In this document: one piece after another, positions 9,723 through 19,605 of the stretch | Numbering within the stretch: position 1 is the first letter of the stretch | Layout of the letters: each line of letters starts with the position of its first letter | IMG/VR virus record: IMGVR_UViG_3300010355_001758 | Coordinates: 54,428 to 118,427 of that record | DNA: 64,000 bases | Source: a virus | Direction: 5' to 3' (one strand) | Notes under the pieces: model-generated | What the model was told of the DNA's origin: nothing | Databases searched by the model: none | What the model saw: the letters and a program-made list of their open reading frames with translations, nothing else | Made by a program: the position numbers and the translations under genes

Positions 9723-12239
9723 ATGGCCTCCACGACTATCACCGCCCTGACTCCCGTCGCCTCCGCCACCGGCACCGAGGTGGTGCCCGCCGACCTCGGA
9801 CCCGGCGTCACCCGCAAGCTGACGACGCAGCAGATCGCCGACCTCAACAATGCCGCCATCGGTGCCGCCCAGGCGGACGCCACGCAGGCGCTGGCCGATG
9901 CCGCTGCCGCCCAAGGGGTCGCGAACAATGCCCAGGCGGACGCCACGCAGGCGCTGGCCGATGCCGCGACCGCGCAGGCCGATGCCACCACCGCCATCGG
10001 TGACTCGGCTTCCGCCCTCGCCGCTGCCTCGGCCGCCGTCAGCGGTCTGGGCCTGCACACCGCCGATACGGCCAACCCGCACTCGACGACCGCCGCGCAG
10101 ACCGGCGCCGTCCCAGCCGCCGAGAAGGGTGCGGCCTCCGGTGTGGCCACCCTGGATGCCAACGCGCTCCTCCCGCTGGCCCAGCTCCCGCAGATCGCGT
10201 CCGGTAACTTCCTGGCGCGCTTCTCCGGCGGGCCCGGCCCAGCCGAGGAGGCTACCGGCAGCCAGGCTACCGCATTGCTGGACGTGTTCCTGGGGTCCAC
10301 GCCCGGCCTCGTCCCCGCTGGCGGGGCGTCGACGACCGAGTTCCTGCGCAAGGATGGTGCGTGGGGCGTGCCGCCCGGCACCGGCGGCGGATCCTCCGGC
10401 CTGAACTACATCGCCAACAACGGTGCCGAGTTCGACCTCAGCGGCTGGGCCGAGTACGACGACGGCGCCGCCGAGCCCGTCGACGGCACCGGGGGGACCT
10501 CCGCGCTGACCTGGGAGCGTATCACCGTCAACCCGCTGCGCGGCGTCGGCATGTTCCGTCTCAGCAAGGCGAGCCCCACCGCCGCCCAGGGCAGCGGGGT
10601 CAGCTACGACTTCCAGATCGACATCGCCGACATCAACAAGACCCTGTCGGTGTCCCTCGACGTGACGGTGGATGCCGACGCCGCCGGCAGTTTCGCCGTG
10701 TACGTGTACTGCCCTGGGTTCGGGTTCTGCCCCGTCAGCGGCGACCACGTCATCAACAACTCCGGCACCTTCCGCCTGACGTTCTCGACGTTCAACTCGG
10801 TCAGCTATCGCCTGATCATCCACTGCCGGTCCGCCTCCACGGCGTCCATGCAGTTCAACTTCGACAACGTCTATGTTGGCCCCGAGTGGCTGCCCAGCCT
10901 GCCCGCCATGAGCGATTGGCAGGACGCCGGGCCGATGACGATCACTGCCACGACCACCAACCCGACTAAGGGCACCGTCGTCACCGACAAGGTGTGGTGG
11001 CGTCGCGTCGGCGACTCGGCCGAGGTCCGGTTCGAGTTCTACCAGAGCGCCGGCGGTGGTGCGGGCAGCGGGACGTACCTGTTCGAGCTGCCCGCCGGTC
11101 TGGCCGTCGATACCGCCAAGATCGCTCTCGCGCCCGCCACCGCTACCGACGGGTTCGGCAAGTCCGTGGTCGGGACGTGCGCGGTCGGTTCCGGGGTCGG
11201 CAGCCCGTTGCTCGACGGCGTGGTGCAGGTGCATGATGCCACGCACGTGTGGTTCACCGTGCAGAGCGTCAGCGGCACCATCGAGACCCCCGTCGGCTCG
11301 GCCCTGTCGCTGGCCAACGCGACCTACCGCATCTCCGCCACCCTCCGGGTACCCATCGCCGACTGGTCCGCCACCACCCCGGTGCAGCAGGGCAGTCGGT
11401 ACCTGTGGGCGCAGCGGTACGGCGCCGTCGCCACCCAGGTCACCACCACGCCCGCCAACCCCGGCGAGTACCGGTCGTATCGCCTCGGCGTCGATACGAC
11501 GCCCACCGACGGGCCCAGCGCCTTCGCCGGGTTCCGCATCGACAGCGGCAGCGGCCTCGGCGTCGGGCGGATCAACGTCTACGAGGTCTTCGTCGGCCGC
11601 AACAAGGTGATCGGGTTCCAGTACTACGCCCAGCCCGGGAGGCAGCTGGGGCTGCTGACCGAGTACACCTACCTGCCGTCCTTCGTCTACACCGGCGTCC
11701 TGACCGCGTACGATCCGACGCTGGGTGTCGCGTACATCGGGTGCTCGGGCATCAACGCCGGTGACCGCGTGGGCGTGACGTCCGACTTCTCCACCGCCGT
11801 GCAGGAGGGGTACTTCGACATCCTCGTCGCCGACGACCCCGTCGCCGTGGCGCAGGCCCCGGCCGTCTACGTCGAGGCGACCAGCGATGCAGGCCAGGTC
11901 GTGACCGGGATCACGCCCCTGGAGTACGAGGACGTGGCCTACGGTTCGGCGTGGTTCGACGGGACGACGTTCACCGCCCCCGTCGACGGCGTGTATGAGG
12001 TGTCGTTCGTCTTCGCCCCCGATACCGCCATCTACGTCATCCCGATCCTGTACATCGACGGGTCGGTGGTGTGCCAGGGGCTCGTCGGCCCCAACGCCAC
12101 CGGGGCACGCTCCGGGCTCTCCCGCGCCGTCCGGCTCTCCGCCGGCCAGACCATGCAGTTCTACAGCGGGAACGGGTGCACCCGCAGCGTGGACCCGGAG
12201 ATCAACTGGTTGACCATCGTCCGCGTAGGAGACGTCTGA
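9723..12239 (+). CDS. Long tail fibre / receptor-binding protein, C1q-like C-terminus
   Basis: Ala-rich coiled-coil repeat, GVATLD..LPLAQLP motif, C-terminal FDGTTFTAPVDGVYEVSF (C1q-like). Confidence 0.65.
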   Translation: MASTTITALTPVASATGTEVVPADLGPGVTRKLTTQQIADLNNAAIGAAQADATQALADAAAAQGVANNAQADATQALADAATAQADATTAIGDSASALAAASAAVSGLGLHTADTANPHSTTAAQTGAVPAAEKGAASGVATLDANALLPLAQLPQIASGNFLARFSGGPGPAEEATGSQATALLDVFLGSTPGLVPAGGASTTEFLRKDGAWGVPPGTGGGSSGLNYIANNGAEFDLSGWAEYDDGAAEPVDGTGGTSALTWERITVNPLRGVGMFRLSKASPTAAQGSGVSYDFQIDIADINKTLSVSLDVTVDADAAGSFAVYVYCPGFGFCPVSGDHVINNSGTFRLTFSTFNSVSYRLIIHCRSASTASMQFNFDNVYVGPEWLPSLPAMSDWQDAGPMTITATTTNPTKGTVVTDKVWWRRVGDSAEVRFEFYQSAGGGAGSGTYLFELPAGLAVDTAKIALAPATATDGFGKSVVGTCAVGSGVGSPLLDGVVQVHDATHVWFTVQSVSGTIETPVGSALSLANATYRISATLRVPIADWSATTPVQQGSRYLWAQRYGAVATQVTTTPANPGEYRSYRLGVDTTPTDGPSAFAGFRIDSGSGLGVGRINVYEVFVGRNKVIGFQYYAQPGRQLGLLTEYTYLPSFVYTGVLTAYDPTLGVAYIGCSGINAGDRVGVTSDFSTAVQEGYFDILVADDPVAVAQAPAVYVEATSDAGQVVTGITPLEYEDVAYGSAWFDGTTFTAPVDGVYEVSFVFAPDTAIYVIPILYIDGSVVCQGLVGPNATGARSGLSRAVRLSAGQTMQFYSGNGCTRSVDPEINWLTIVRVGDV
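9867..9967 (+). repeat. 38-bp perfect direct repeat, 63-bp period
   Basis: GCCCAGGCGGACGCCACGCAGGCGCTGGCCGATGCCGC at 9867 and 9930. Confidence 0.9.
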
Positions 12240-12664
12240 TGCTCAGAGCCCGCATCCATAACCTGATCACCGACCAGCGGTACTCGTTCACCGCCCCCGA
12301 CCAGGCCGCCATTGACGCCCGCCTGGCCGCCAAGCTGCACGTGTACGGGCAGCCCGAGGACCGCGAGGTCGTCGTGGAGGATATGTCCGCCGAGGAGGCG
12401 CAGCAGCGCATCGACAACGCCTGGGCCATGGCCGATGCGATCTGCCTCGCCGGGGCCGACCACAACAGCCGCGGCCGGTACCTGGCGTGGTTGGTCGACC
12501 CCGCATGCTCTCCCGCCCGCAAGGCCGCCATCCTCGCCGTGCAGGACTGGATGGACACCGTCTGGATGTCGTACCAGGCGTGGCAGGAGGATCCCGCCGA
12601 GCCGTGGGTGCCGCCCACCGTCACCTGCCCGTATACCTTCCGGCAGATCTACCAGATCGCCTGA
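12239..12664 (+). CDS. Putative tail-fibre assembly chaperone
   Basis: Small ORF coupled (TGATG) directly after the fibre gene. Confidence 0.45.
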   Translation: MLRARIHNLITDQRYSFTAPDQAAIDARLAAKLHVYGQPEDREVVVEDMSAEEAQQRIDNAWAMADAICLAGADHNSRGRYLAWLVDPACSPARKAAILAVQDWMDTVWMSYQAWQEDPAEPWVPPTVTCPYTFRQIYQIA

Positions 12665-12671
12665 ATAGCCC

Positions 12672-13064
12672 ATGCCCGCGCTCCTCAAGATCGATACCGC
12701 CCTCAAGAACCTCAGCTCCGAGAACGTCGGTCCGCTGATCGTCGGCAGCACCATCGTCGACCAGGTGCTGGTGGACCAGTACGGGTCCATCGGGTGGACC
12801 GTGACGGTGCGCCGCGACGACGGGGCCCGGGCGCGCTACGACGTGTCGGCCGTCCACGACGGGACGCTGTTCGTCGACGCCGCCGACGGTTCCTACGAGG
12901 TCAGCGGCGGTGCCGCCACCTCTGCGGCCGTCGGCGAGGCGACGTTGTCGGTTGCGCTCAGCGGCGCCGGCCCTACCCAAGTCCTCCAGCTGGTGGTCAC
13001 CGTGACCGCCGGCACGTGGTACTGCGACGTCAGCCGCAGTCCTCACGTCGGAACCCCAGGCTGA
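12672..13064 (+). CDS. Hypothetical virion protein
   Basis: Beta-rich ORF in operon. Confidence 0.5.
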   Translation: MPALLKIDTALKNLSSENVGPLIVGSTIVDQVLVDQYGSIGWTVTVRRDDGARARYDVSAVHDGTLFVDAADGSYEVSGGAATSAAVGEATLSVALSGAGPTQVLQLVVTVTAGTWYCDVSRSPHVGTPG

Positions 13065-13094
13065 CGAAACGCTCAAGATGGAGACACTGAAGTC

Positions 13095-13532
13095 ATGAGC
13101 AACGACGACACCGGCATCTCGGTGAAGAACCGAGACATCCTCAACCTCTTGAAGGCGCTCAGCGCCCTGGACGGGCGCCCGACGCCCGTGACCGTGAAGG
13201 ACAAGGACAGGGAGGTGACGCAGATCGTCATCAAGCCCTACTCGTTCAGCGGTACCGCCCGCCTCGCGATGGCTCGCGCCCTGGTCGCCGTGAAGGACGT
13301 CAATGACGCCCTCAGCCGCACCCACGACGGGCTGGTGAAGCAGTTCGCCGACCCGGCCGACCCGACGCAGGTCTCCGACGCCAACATGCAGGCGTTCACC
13401 GATGAGTGGGAGAAGGTCCTCGATGCCGCGGTCGTTCTGAAGTTCGCCCGCATCTCCTGCACCGAGCTGCGGGTCGAGGAGAATCAGCTCCCGGTTTCGG
13501 TGCTCGCGGCGCTGGACCCCCTGCTCGTCTGA
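13095..13532 (+). CDS. Hypothetical protein
   Basis: GGAG RBS; coding-like codon bias. Confidence 0.55.
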   Translation: MSNDDTGISVKNRDILNLLKALSALDGRPTPVTVKDKDREVTQIVIKPYSFSGTARLAMARALVAVKDVNDALSRTHDGLVKQFADPADPTQVSDANMQAFTDEWEKVLDAAVVLKFARISCTELRVEENQLPVSVLAALDPLLV

Positions 13533-13540
13533 TCCCCGTC

Positions 13541-13571
13541 GGCCGGCGTGAACCGCCGTTTCACGCCGGCC
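13541..13571. repeat. 17-bp motif inside an extended inverted repeat
   Basis: GGCCGGCGTGAA-CCGCCGT-TTCACGCCGGCC, 12-bp perfect arms, intergenic. Confidence 0.9.
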
Positions 13572-13584
13572 AGGAGGCCCCGCC

Positions 13585-14340
13585 ATGCCCGCTAAGTCCC
13601 GCCTCGCACAGCACGGAATCCGCTTCGGCACCCTCGGTGCCGTGAACGACCTCGCCGTCGCGTTCCCCGTCGTCGACGGGCAGGATGATCCCGGTGCGCA
13701 TACCGCGTCCGGGAGCATCGGGTTCTACGCCTCTCGCGCCGCCGGCGTCGAGAAGATCGGCGTCGTCGTCATGGGGTCCGAGGTGCTCGGGATCGGTGCC
13801 GACCGCGTCGCCTTCGGCCGCCGTCTGGACGTGGTCGCGTCGGCTGCGGCATCCGCCGGCCTCCGCCTGGCGGCCGGCGACGACCCCTCCGCTCCGGTCG
13901 TCGGCGACGTGTGGTATAGGGGCGCGTCCATCAACGCCGTTCGGTTCTTCGACGGCACGAATACCGTCAGCGTGTCGGCCCAGGTGCAGAAGCGCGTCGT
14001 CGTCCTGCGCGGCCAGGTGCAGGCCGGTGTCGTGACCGGTGCCCAGGCCATCAACTTCGCCTCCCCCGTCTCCGGTACCATCGTCGGGTGGCGCATCGTG
14101 ACCGATGTGGCGACCACGGCCTCCCTGGACGTCTGGAAGCTCAACGGCGCCAACCCTACTGTGGCGAACACCATCGTCGCTGCGGCGCCACCCGCGATCA
14201 CCGCTGCAACCTATGCAGCCTCGACCACCTTGACCGGGTGGACGACGGCTATCGCCGCAGGGGATGTGTTCGAGCTGAACGTGTCCAGCAACAGCGCGGC
14301 CAAGGTCGTCACCCTTGAACTCGATGTCGTCGTGGATTGA
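13585..14340 (+). CDS. Virion structural protein (hypothetical)
   Basis: AGGAGG RBS; C-terminal SGTIVGWRIV...AAGDVF beta domain typical of fibre-associated proteins. Confidence 0.55.
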   Translation: MPAKSRLAQHGIRFGTLGAVNDLAVAFPVVDGQDDPGAHTASGSIGFYASRAAGVEKIGVVVMGSEVLGIGADRVAFGRRLDVVASAAASAGLRLAAGDDPSAPVVGDVWYRGASINAVRFFDGTNTVSVSAQVQKRVVVLRGQVQAGVVTGAQAINFASPVSGTIVGWRIVTDVATTASLDVWKLNGANPTVANTIVAAAPPAITAATYAASTTLTGWTTAIAAGDVFELNVSSNSAAKVVTLELDVVVD

Positions 14341-14343
14341 GCC

Positions 14344-15717
14344 GTGGCCATCCGCACGATCTCTGCGGCTGGCGGCAACTATAACGCCGTCGGGACGTGG
14401 GACGAAGGAGTCGTCCCTACCTCGGCGGACGATGTCGTCGTCCGCGCCGACGGTACGTCCGGCAGCGTGACCGTCACTGCGGCCGCCGCCGCCAAGACGC
14501 TGAACCTGTCGACTGGTCCATATGATGGCACCTTCACGATCAATGATACCTTCACCTTGACGGTAGCCGGCAGCGTGACGCTGAACAGCTCCGGCGCCTG
14601 CACGGGGATCTCCGGGACTGGTACTGGGACGCTCAATATCAATGTCAGTGCCGCCTCCCTGACCAGCAACGGTAAGACCATCGCCTCCAGGTTCTCGTAT
14701 ACCCCCGCCGGCGGTACCCTCACGCTCGTCGATGACGCCATCGTGACCGGGCGTCTGGATTGGAGCGGGGCGTCCACCCCTGTGATCGCCGGGTCCGGTC
14801 GCACCATCACGGCCTCCGGTGGGGTGAACACGTTGAATCGCGCCGCCATTGGAGCCGGCTGTACTCTACGGATTACTGGAGGCACCTGCACGTCATCCAC
14901 CCGCGGCACCAACTACGGGATCTCCGGCTCCGGGACCGTGGAGTTCGACGGCGATATTACCATGTCGTCGCTGTTTGTCCGGGCCTCGACGATCCGCTAC
15001 ATAAGCGGGACCTGGGGCGCGGGTACCTTCAATATCGGTAGCAGCCCCACCCTCCACGGTTCGCCGCCCGTCAGCAGTATGGCCTATCGTACCAGTGGAA
15101 CGCTCACGCTGATGGATCCGCTGACGCTTACCGGCACCCTCACCGTCCTAGATGCCGTCACCCTGACGGCCGCCGGGGCCCAATCCATAACGGTGCCGAT
15201 CCTGACTACCTCGGGTGCCGGCAGCAGTATCCTCAACTTGGGAGACTGCGCCTGGATTGTCGGACTGTTGCGTCTCGATGCCGCCAATACGTTGTCCATC
15301 CGCCAGGCCGATCTCACCGTCGATGCGCTTACCGTCGATGCCGGCAGCGTCTTCACGTTCGAGGCTGGGCGTACGCTTACGGTGGTGAGCACGATGAGGG
15401 TTGCCGGATCCCCGTCCGCCCCTGTCTCCATCGCATCGGCCATGCCCGGTGCTCCGTTCACTCTCGATCTCGCGTCGACCGATCTTCAGTCCGTCTTCGC
15501 CGCGTACGCCGATGTCTATGTGGCCGCGCCGCGCATCCTGTACAACGCCTTCGGAGGTGCCCTGACGAATACGTCGCGTATCGAGAACAAGGACAATACC
15601 ACGATGCTCGGGGTCGATCCCGGGGAGAGCAATGTGCTGTACGGAGTCGGTTACGTCATCAACGGCGTTGCGCTGACCGGCACGATGCAGTTGCCCACCT
15701 CGCACGGGAGCATCTGA
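14344..15717 (+). CDS. Beta-helix-like adhesin / tailspike, paralog A
   Basis: Thr/Gly-rich beta repeats; N-terminus nearly identical to 15719..17104. Confidence 0.6.
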   Translation: MAIRTISAAGGNYNAVGTWDEGVVPTSADDVVVRADGTSGSVTVTAAAAAKTLNLSTGPYDGTFTINDTFTLTVAGSVTLNSSGACTGISGTGTGTLNINVSAASLTSNGKTIASRFSYTPAGGTLTLVDDAIVTGRLDWSGASTPVIAGSGRTITASGGVNTLNRAAIGAGCTLRITGGTCTSSTRGTNYGISGSGTVEFDGDITMSSLFVRASTIRYISGTWGAGTFNIGSSPTLHGSPPVSSMAYRTSGTLTLMDPLTLTGTLTVLDAVTLTAAGAQSITVPILTTSGAGSSILNLGDCAWIVGLLRLDAANTLSIRQADLTVDALTVDAGSVFTFEAGRTLTVVSTMRVAGSPSAPVSIASAMPGAPFTLDLASTDLQSVFAAYADVYVAAPRILYNAFGGALTNTSRIENKDNTTMLGVDPGESNVLYGVGYVINGVALTGTMQLPTSHGSI

Positions 15718-15718
15718 C

Positions 15719-17104
15719 GTGGCCATCCGTACGATCTCTGCTGCCGGCGGCAACTACAACAGCACCGCGACGTGGGATGAAGGCGTCGTCCCGACGAATG
15801 CCGATGATGTCGTCGTCAGGGCCGACGGGACCTCTGGTAGCGTCACTGTTACCGCCGCTGCTGCGGCCAAGACGCTGGACCTGACGGCGGGGGCCTACAA
15901 CGGAACCTTCACCATCGATGCCACTTTCACCCTGACGGTCTCCGGCAGCGTGACACTCAATAGCTCCGGCACCTGCCCGGGGCCCGTCGGTGGCGGATCC
16001 CTGTCCATCAACACTACCGCCACGCTGACCAGCAACGGCAAGACCATCGGGTGCAACTTCATCTATACGACGGCCCCCGCCACGCTGACCCTCGCCGATG
16101 ACGCGAACATCACCGGGTTGCTCACGGCGACCAGCAGCAGCAACAACATCACCTTCACGAGCAGCGGCAGGACCGTCACCGTTGCCGGCGGGGTCTCAGC
16201 GACGGGGCGCCTGTTCACCCTCACCAACACCACTCTGAAGGTGACCGGCGGAACCCTGAACGGTACCTCCAACGCTTCTTTCGGCATCGCTGGAACGGGC
16301 ACGTTCGAGTTCGCTGGGAATGTCACCTGCGGTGCGACCGGTCCGTTCCTCAGGTGCAGTACCGTCAAGTTCACCAGCGGCACCATCTCCGGCGGATCCA
16401 TCTCATTCGGCGGAAACGTGGCCTTGGTCGGGGCGTGCAGCCTGCCCACGACCAGCTTCCGCATGCGCGTCTCCGGGACGCTGACGCTCGACAGCGCCTT
16501 CTCGTGCGGTGCCGATTTCAACGTGGTCGGGGTCACGCTGACGATGGCCGGGGCGCAGACCGTCACTCTCACTGGCACGTTCGGGGTGACGGCCACTACC
16601 GGTACCAGCACCCTGAATCCCGGTACCTGTACCTTCGTCACCTCGACTGTGACGCTGAATGCTGCGACCTCCACTATGTTGCGGCTCATCGGCAGCTTCA
16701 CCTTCGACACCGTGAACCTGAGCGGTACCGCGACGCTCATCGTCGATTCCGGGAACACGCTCAGCGTCTCCTCGGCGTTCAATCCCGTCGGTACTCCCCT
16801 GCTCTCGCCTACTGTCCGCTCCCAGACGGCCAACGTCGCCTTCACACTGGCGCTCGGAACCGCCATCGTTCAGTCGGCGTTCGCCACCTACACCGATGTC
16901 AGTGTCACCGGCGTCGTGGTGAACAACGCCTTCAGCGGCCCCCTGACGCGGACGAGCGGGATCGTCGCTCTGGCGACGAACGAGTCCCTGGACAGCACCG
17001 ACCCCGGTATCGCCAATGTCCGCGATGGGGCTGGTTACACCATCGATGGCGTCCCTCTCGTCGGGGCGTATACCGGCAGAACCTCCTACGGATACATCCA
17101 ATGA
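15719..17104 (+). CDS. Beta-helix-like adhesin / tailspike, paralog B
   Basis: Tandem paralog of 14344..15717. Confidence 0.6.
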   Translation: MAIRTISAAGGNYNSTATWDEGVVPTNADDVVVRADGTSGSVTVTAAAAAKTLDLTAGAYNGTFTIDATFTLTVSGSVTLNSSGTCPGPVGGGSLSINTTATLTSNGKTIGCNFIYTTAPATLTLADDANITGLLTATSSSNNITFTSSGRTVTVAGGVSATGRLFTLTNTTLKVTGGTLNGTSNASFGIAGTGTFEFAGNVTCGATGPFLRCSTVKFTSGTISGGSISFGGNVALVGACSLPTTSFRMRVSGTLTLDSAFSCGADFNVVGVTLTMAGAQTVTLTGTFGVTATTGTSTLNPGTCTFVTSTVTLNAATSTMLRLIGSFTFDTVNLSGTATLIVDSGNTLSVSSAFNPVGTPLLSPTVRSQTANVAFTLALGTAIVQSAFATYTDVSVTGVVVNNAFSGPLTRTSGIVALATNESLDSTDPGIANVRDGAGYTIDGVPLVGAYTGRTSYGYIQ

Positions 17105-17448
17105 AGTCACGTTACGCCCCTACCGTCAACCCAGGCGACATCCGGCGCCGCGTCAAGAGGATCGAGCTGTCGACCCCCTTGGCTGGGCGCATCGCCGTCA
17201 CCATCTACGAGGAGGACGTGGTGCGTCTCGCTGCCGGGGCCGAGGTGCCCTTGCGCGACCAGGGCGCCATCTCGGTCATCGTCGACCCGTCCGACGCCGC
17301 TCAGATGGCCTCCGTGTTCGCGCTGCGCAGCTACGCCGACGATTCTCTCCTCGGTTCGGACATGGCCGTCGGGTCAGTGTTGATGGCGTTCTTCTCGTGG
17401 GTGCGTTCCCGGCAGCTGGCGCGAGACGCCGCATCCCCGTCGGCGTAG
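17101..17448 (+). CDS. Hypothetical protein (possible chaperone)
   Basis: ATGA-coupled to the upstream gene. Confidence 0.5.
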   Translation: MKSRYAPTVNPGDIRRRVKRIELSTPLAGRIAVTIYEEDVVRLAAGAEVPLRDQGAISVIVDPSDAAQMASVFALRSYADDSLLGSDMAVGSVLMAFFSWVRSRQLARDAASPSA

Positions 17449-17450
17449 CC

Positions 17451-17912
17451 GTGCGCGTCCTCTTCTGGAAAGGCCCCTGCGGATTCTTCGGCACGCTGGT
17501 GCGCATCCGCACCCGCAGCGCGTACATCCACAGCGAGCTGCTGTTCTCCGACGGTGCCCGGTTCCGCATCGCACCCGGCGAGGTGTCACGGTTTTACGTC
17601 CCCGCCGACGCCCCGCGGTGGGACGGCGCCGTGTGGGACTGCCTGGAGGTGGCCGGAGGCGACGAGGCGTTCGTCCGGAAGTGGTGCTTCGAGCAGTCCG
17701 GCACGAAGTACGACTGGCTGGGGCTGGCGCTGTGCCAGGTGCTGCCGTGGGGTCGCGAGCACCCGGATCGGTGGTTCTGCTCCGAGCAGTGCACGGCCGG
17801 GCTGCAGGCCGGCGGGTACCCCGCCGTCGCCGACTTGAAGCCGCACTATCAGTCGCCGGCCAAGTTGGCGGCTGCACTCGTCCATCGTGGCGCTACCTTC
17901 CAGCTGCCGTGA
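17451..17912 (+). CDS. Permuted papain-like NlpC/P60-superfamily protein
   Basis: YIHSELLF (His), KYDWLG and WFCSE (Cys) in permuted order. Confidence 0.7.
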   Translation: MRVLFWKGPCGFFGTLVRIRTRSAYIHSELLFSDGARFRIAPGEVSRFYVPADAPRWDGAVWDCLEVAGGDEAFVRKWCFEQSGTKYDWLGLALCQVLPWGREHPDRWFCSEQCTAGLQAGGYPAVADLKPHYQSPAKLAAALVHRGATFQLP

Positions 17913-17925
17913 ACCGCCGTTTCAG
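17909..17925 (+). repeat. Dispersed 17-bp quasi-palindrome
   Basis: GTGAACCGCCGTTTCAG; supplies the stop and runs into the AGGAG RBS. Confidence 0.9.
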
Positions 17926-17934
17926 GAGTACGCC

Positions 17935-19338
17935 GTGAACCGCGCCCCCGCCATCGGAGTGACCGAGCGCCTCGACACCCCTGTGTCCGAGGCGACCGTT
18001 CCCGCCGTACCAGCCCCCTACGCCGCCGCCCCGTTCATGATGCTGGTCGACACGACCCTCGTGGCAGGGCCGTCGTCGCAGAACCGGACCACCGACACCC
18101 AGTTCCGGTTCCTGCTGAACCCGTACTACGGCGGGTATTACTTCCTCGTCGAGTGGGGCGACGGGTCGAGCAACGTCGTGGTGTGCGGGAAGGCTGTCAA
18201 GCCGGATGTCACCGATACGCGCGGTATGCCGGCAGGCGCCTCCACCGTCGCCAGCCTCATCAACCTGCCGTCGGTGACGCCCGACTCGCCCGCGTTGCTC
18301 CACACCTATGCGCTCCCCGGGCAGTACGTCGTGTCGCTGACGCCGCTGTCCCCCACCGGGCTTCCCGGCATCGCTTTCAACGATTATTCAGGCGCCACGA
18401 GCACGACCAAGAACACCGATTGCCTCAAGGTGCTGGAGATCCAGCAGTGGGGCTCGAACCCGTGGGCGGCTATGGATGGGTTCATGATGGGCGCGCGGAA
18501 CATGACCATCACCGCGTGGGATAGCTCCCGGGCCGTCACCGGCGGTGTGGCGAACTGGGACAGGGCGTTCTGCTACTGCCGCGCTCTCGCCTCGTTCCCT
18601 GGCACGCTGGACTTCGGAGGGGCTGACAACCTTACCTCGTGCTGGAACGGGTGCGTCGGCCTCACGAGCTTCCCGGCGACGCTGGACTTCTCCAAGGTCA
18701 CGACGTTCGTGTTCACGTGGACTGGGTGCTCCGGCCTGACCGCGTTCCCGCTCATCTCCATCCCGTCCGCCACCACCCTGCGCGGAGCGTGGCAGGGCAA
18801 CATCGGCCTGACCTCGTTCCCGCTCATAGACATAGGCCACGTTACAAATCTTAGTTTGGCGTGGGATAAGTGCTCCGGCCTGACCTCGTTCCCGCTGCTC
18901 GATACCGGATCGTGCACCAACTTCTCCTCCACGTGGTCCGAGTGCACCAGCCTTACCGAGTTCCCTCTGCTGGATACCAGCAAGGGCACCAACTTCTTCA
19001 GGACTTGGGACGGGTGCTCCGGCCTGACCGCCATGCCGCCGTTGTCGTTCGAGTCCATGGTCTCCGGGGACGGTACGTTCTGGGGTTGCTCCAACCTGGT
19101 CACGCATCCCGACTATACCATGCCTGTCGGGGCCAGCCTCAACCTGTCCAACTTCTTCCGCAGCTCCGGCGTATCCGACGATGCGTACAGCAACTTCCTC
19201 GTGCGCCTGGAGGCTGCCAACCCGCTCAACACCGGGTCGATCACGCAGACCCCCGCCAAGTACACCCCGGCCGCCGCGGCGGCCCGGTCGGCCCTCATCC
19301 TGCGCGGGTGGACGATCGGCGACAACGGCGCAGCCTGA
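17935..19338 (+). CDS. Leucine-rich-repeat (BspA/DUF285-like) surface protein
   Basis: VEWGDG PKD-like N-terminus, IQQWG, then about eight ~24-aa W..CSGLTSFPL.D repeats. Confidence 0.75.
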   Translation: MNRAPAIGVTERLDTPVSEATVPAVPAPYAAAPFMMLVDTTLVAGPSSQNRTTDTQFRFLLNPYYGGYYFLVEWGDGSSNVVVCGKAVKPDVTDTRGMPAGASTVASLINLPSVTPDSPALLHTYALPGQYVVSLTPLSPTGLPGIAFNDYSGATSTTKNTDCLKVLEIQQWGSNPWAAMDGFMMGARNMTITAWDSSRAVTGGVANWDRAFCYCRALASFPGTLDFGGADNLTSCWNGCVGLTSFPATLDFSKVTTFVFTWTGCSGLTAFPLISIPSATTLRGAWQGNIGLTSFPLIDIGHVTNLSLAWDKCSGLTSFPLLDTGSCTNFSSTWSECTSLTEFPLLDTSKGTNFFRTWDGCSGLTAMPPLSFESMVSGDGTFWGCSNLVTHPDYTMPVGASLNLSNFFRSSGVSDDAYSNFLVRLEAANPLNTGSITQTPAKYTPAAAAARSALILRGWTIGDNGAA

Positions 19339-19353
19339 GGACGAGAGGAGCCC

Positions 19354-19545
19354 ATGCCGCAATCCCACCATGCCGTGTCCGACGGTTACTTCCTGGCTCA
19401 CGACGGTAGCTCCGTATTCGTCTCCGGATCATTCTCCGCCGGGCAGGTGGTCGAGACCGGGCAGCCGCGCCTGGACGTATTTCCGACCATCGAGGAACTG
19501 AATATATGGCTTGCGTCGTTCGGTCAGCCCGCCCACCAGGAGTGA
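19354..19545 (+). CDS. Small hypothetical protein
   Basis: GAGGAG RBS, 63 aa. Confidence 0.5.
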   Translation: MPQSHHAVSDGYFLAHDGSSVFVSGSFSAGQVVETGQPRLDVFPTIEELNIWLASFGQPAHQE

Positions 19546-19605
19546 TGGGCTGGACGTCGTGCGCTGATCCGTATCCTCGTACTAAGCCCGTGCGGAGGGG
19601 CTGAC

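Noticed and set aside
14344..17104. Diversity-generating retroelement TR/VR pair
   Set aside because: Both copies are full genes, differences are not adenine-specific, and no reverse transcriptase is in the window.
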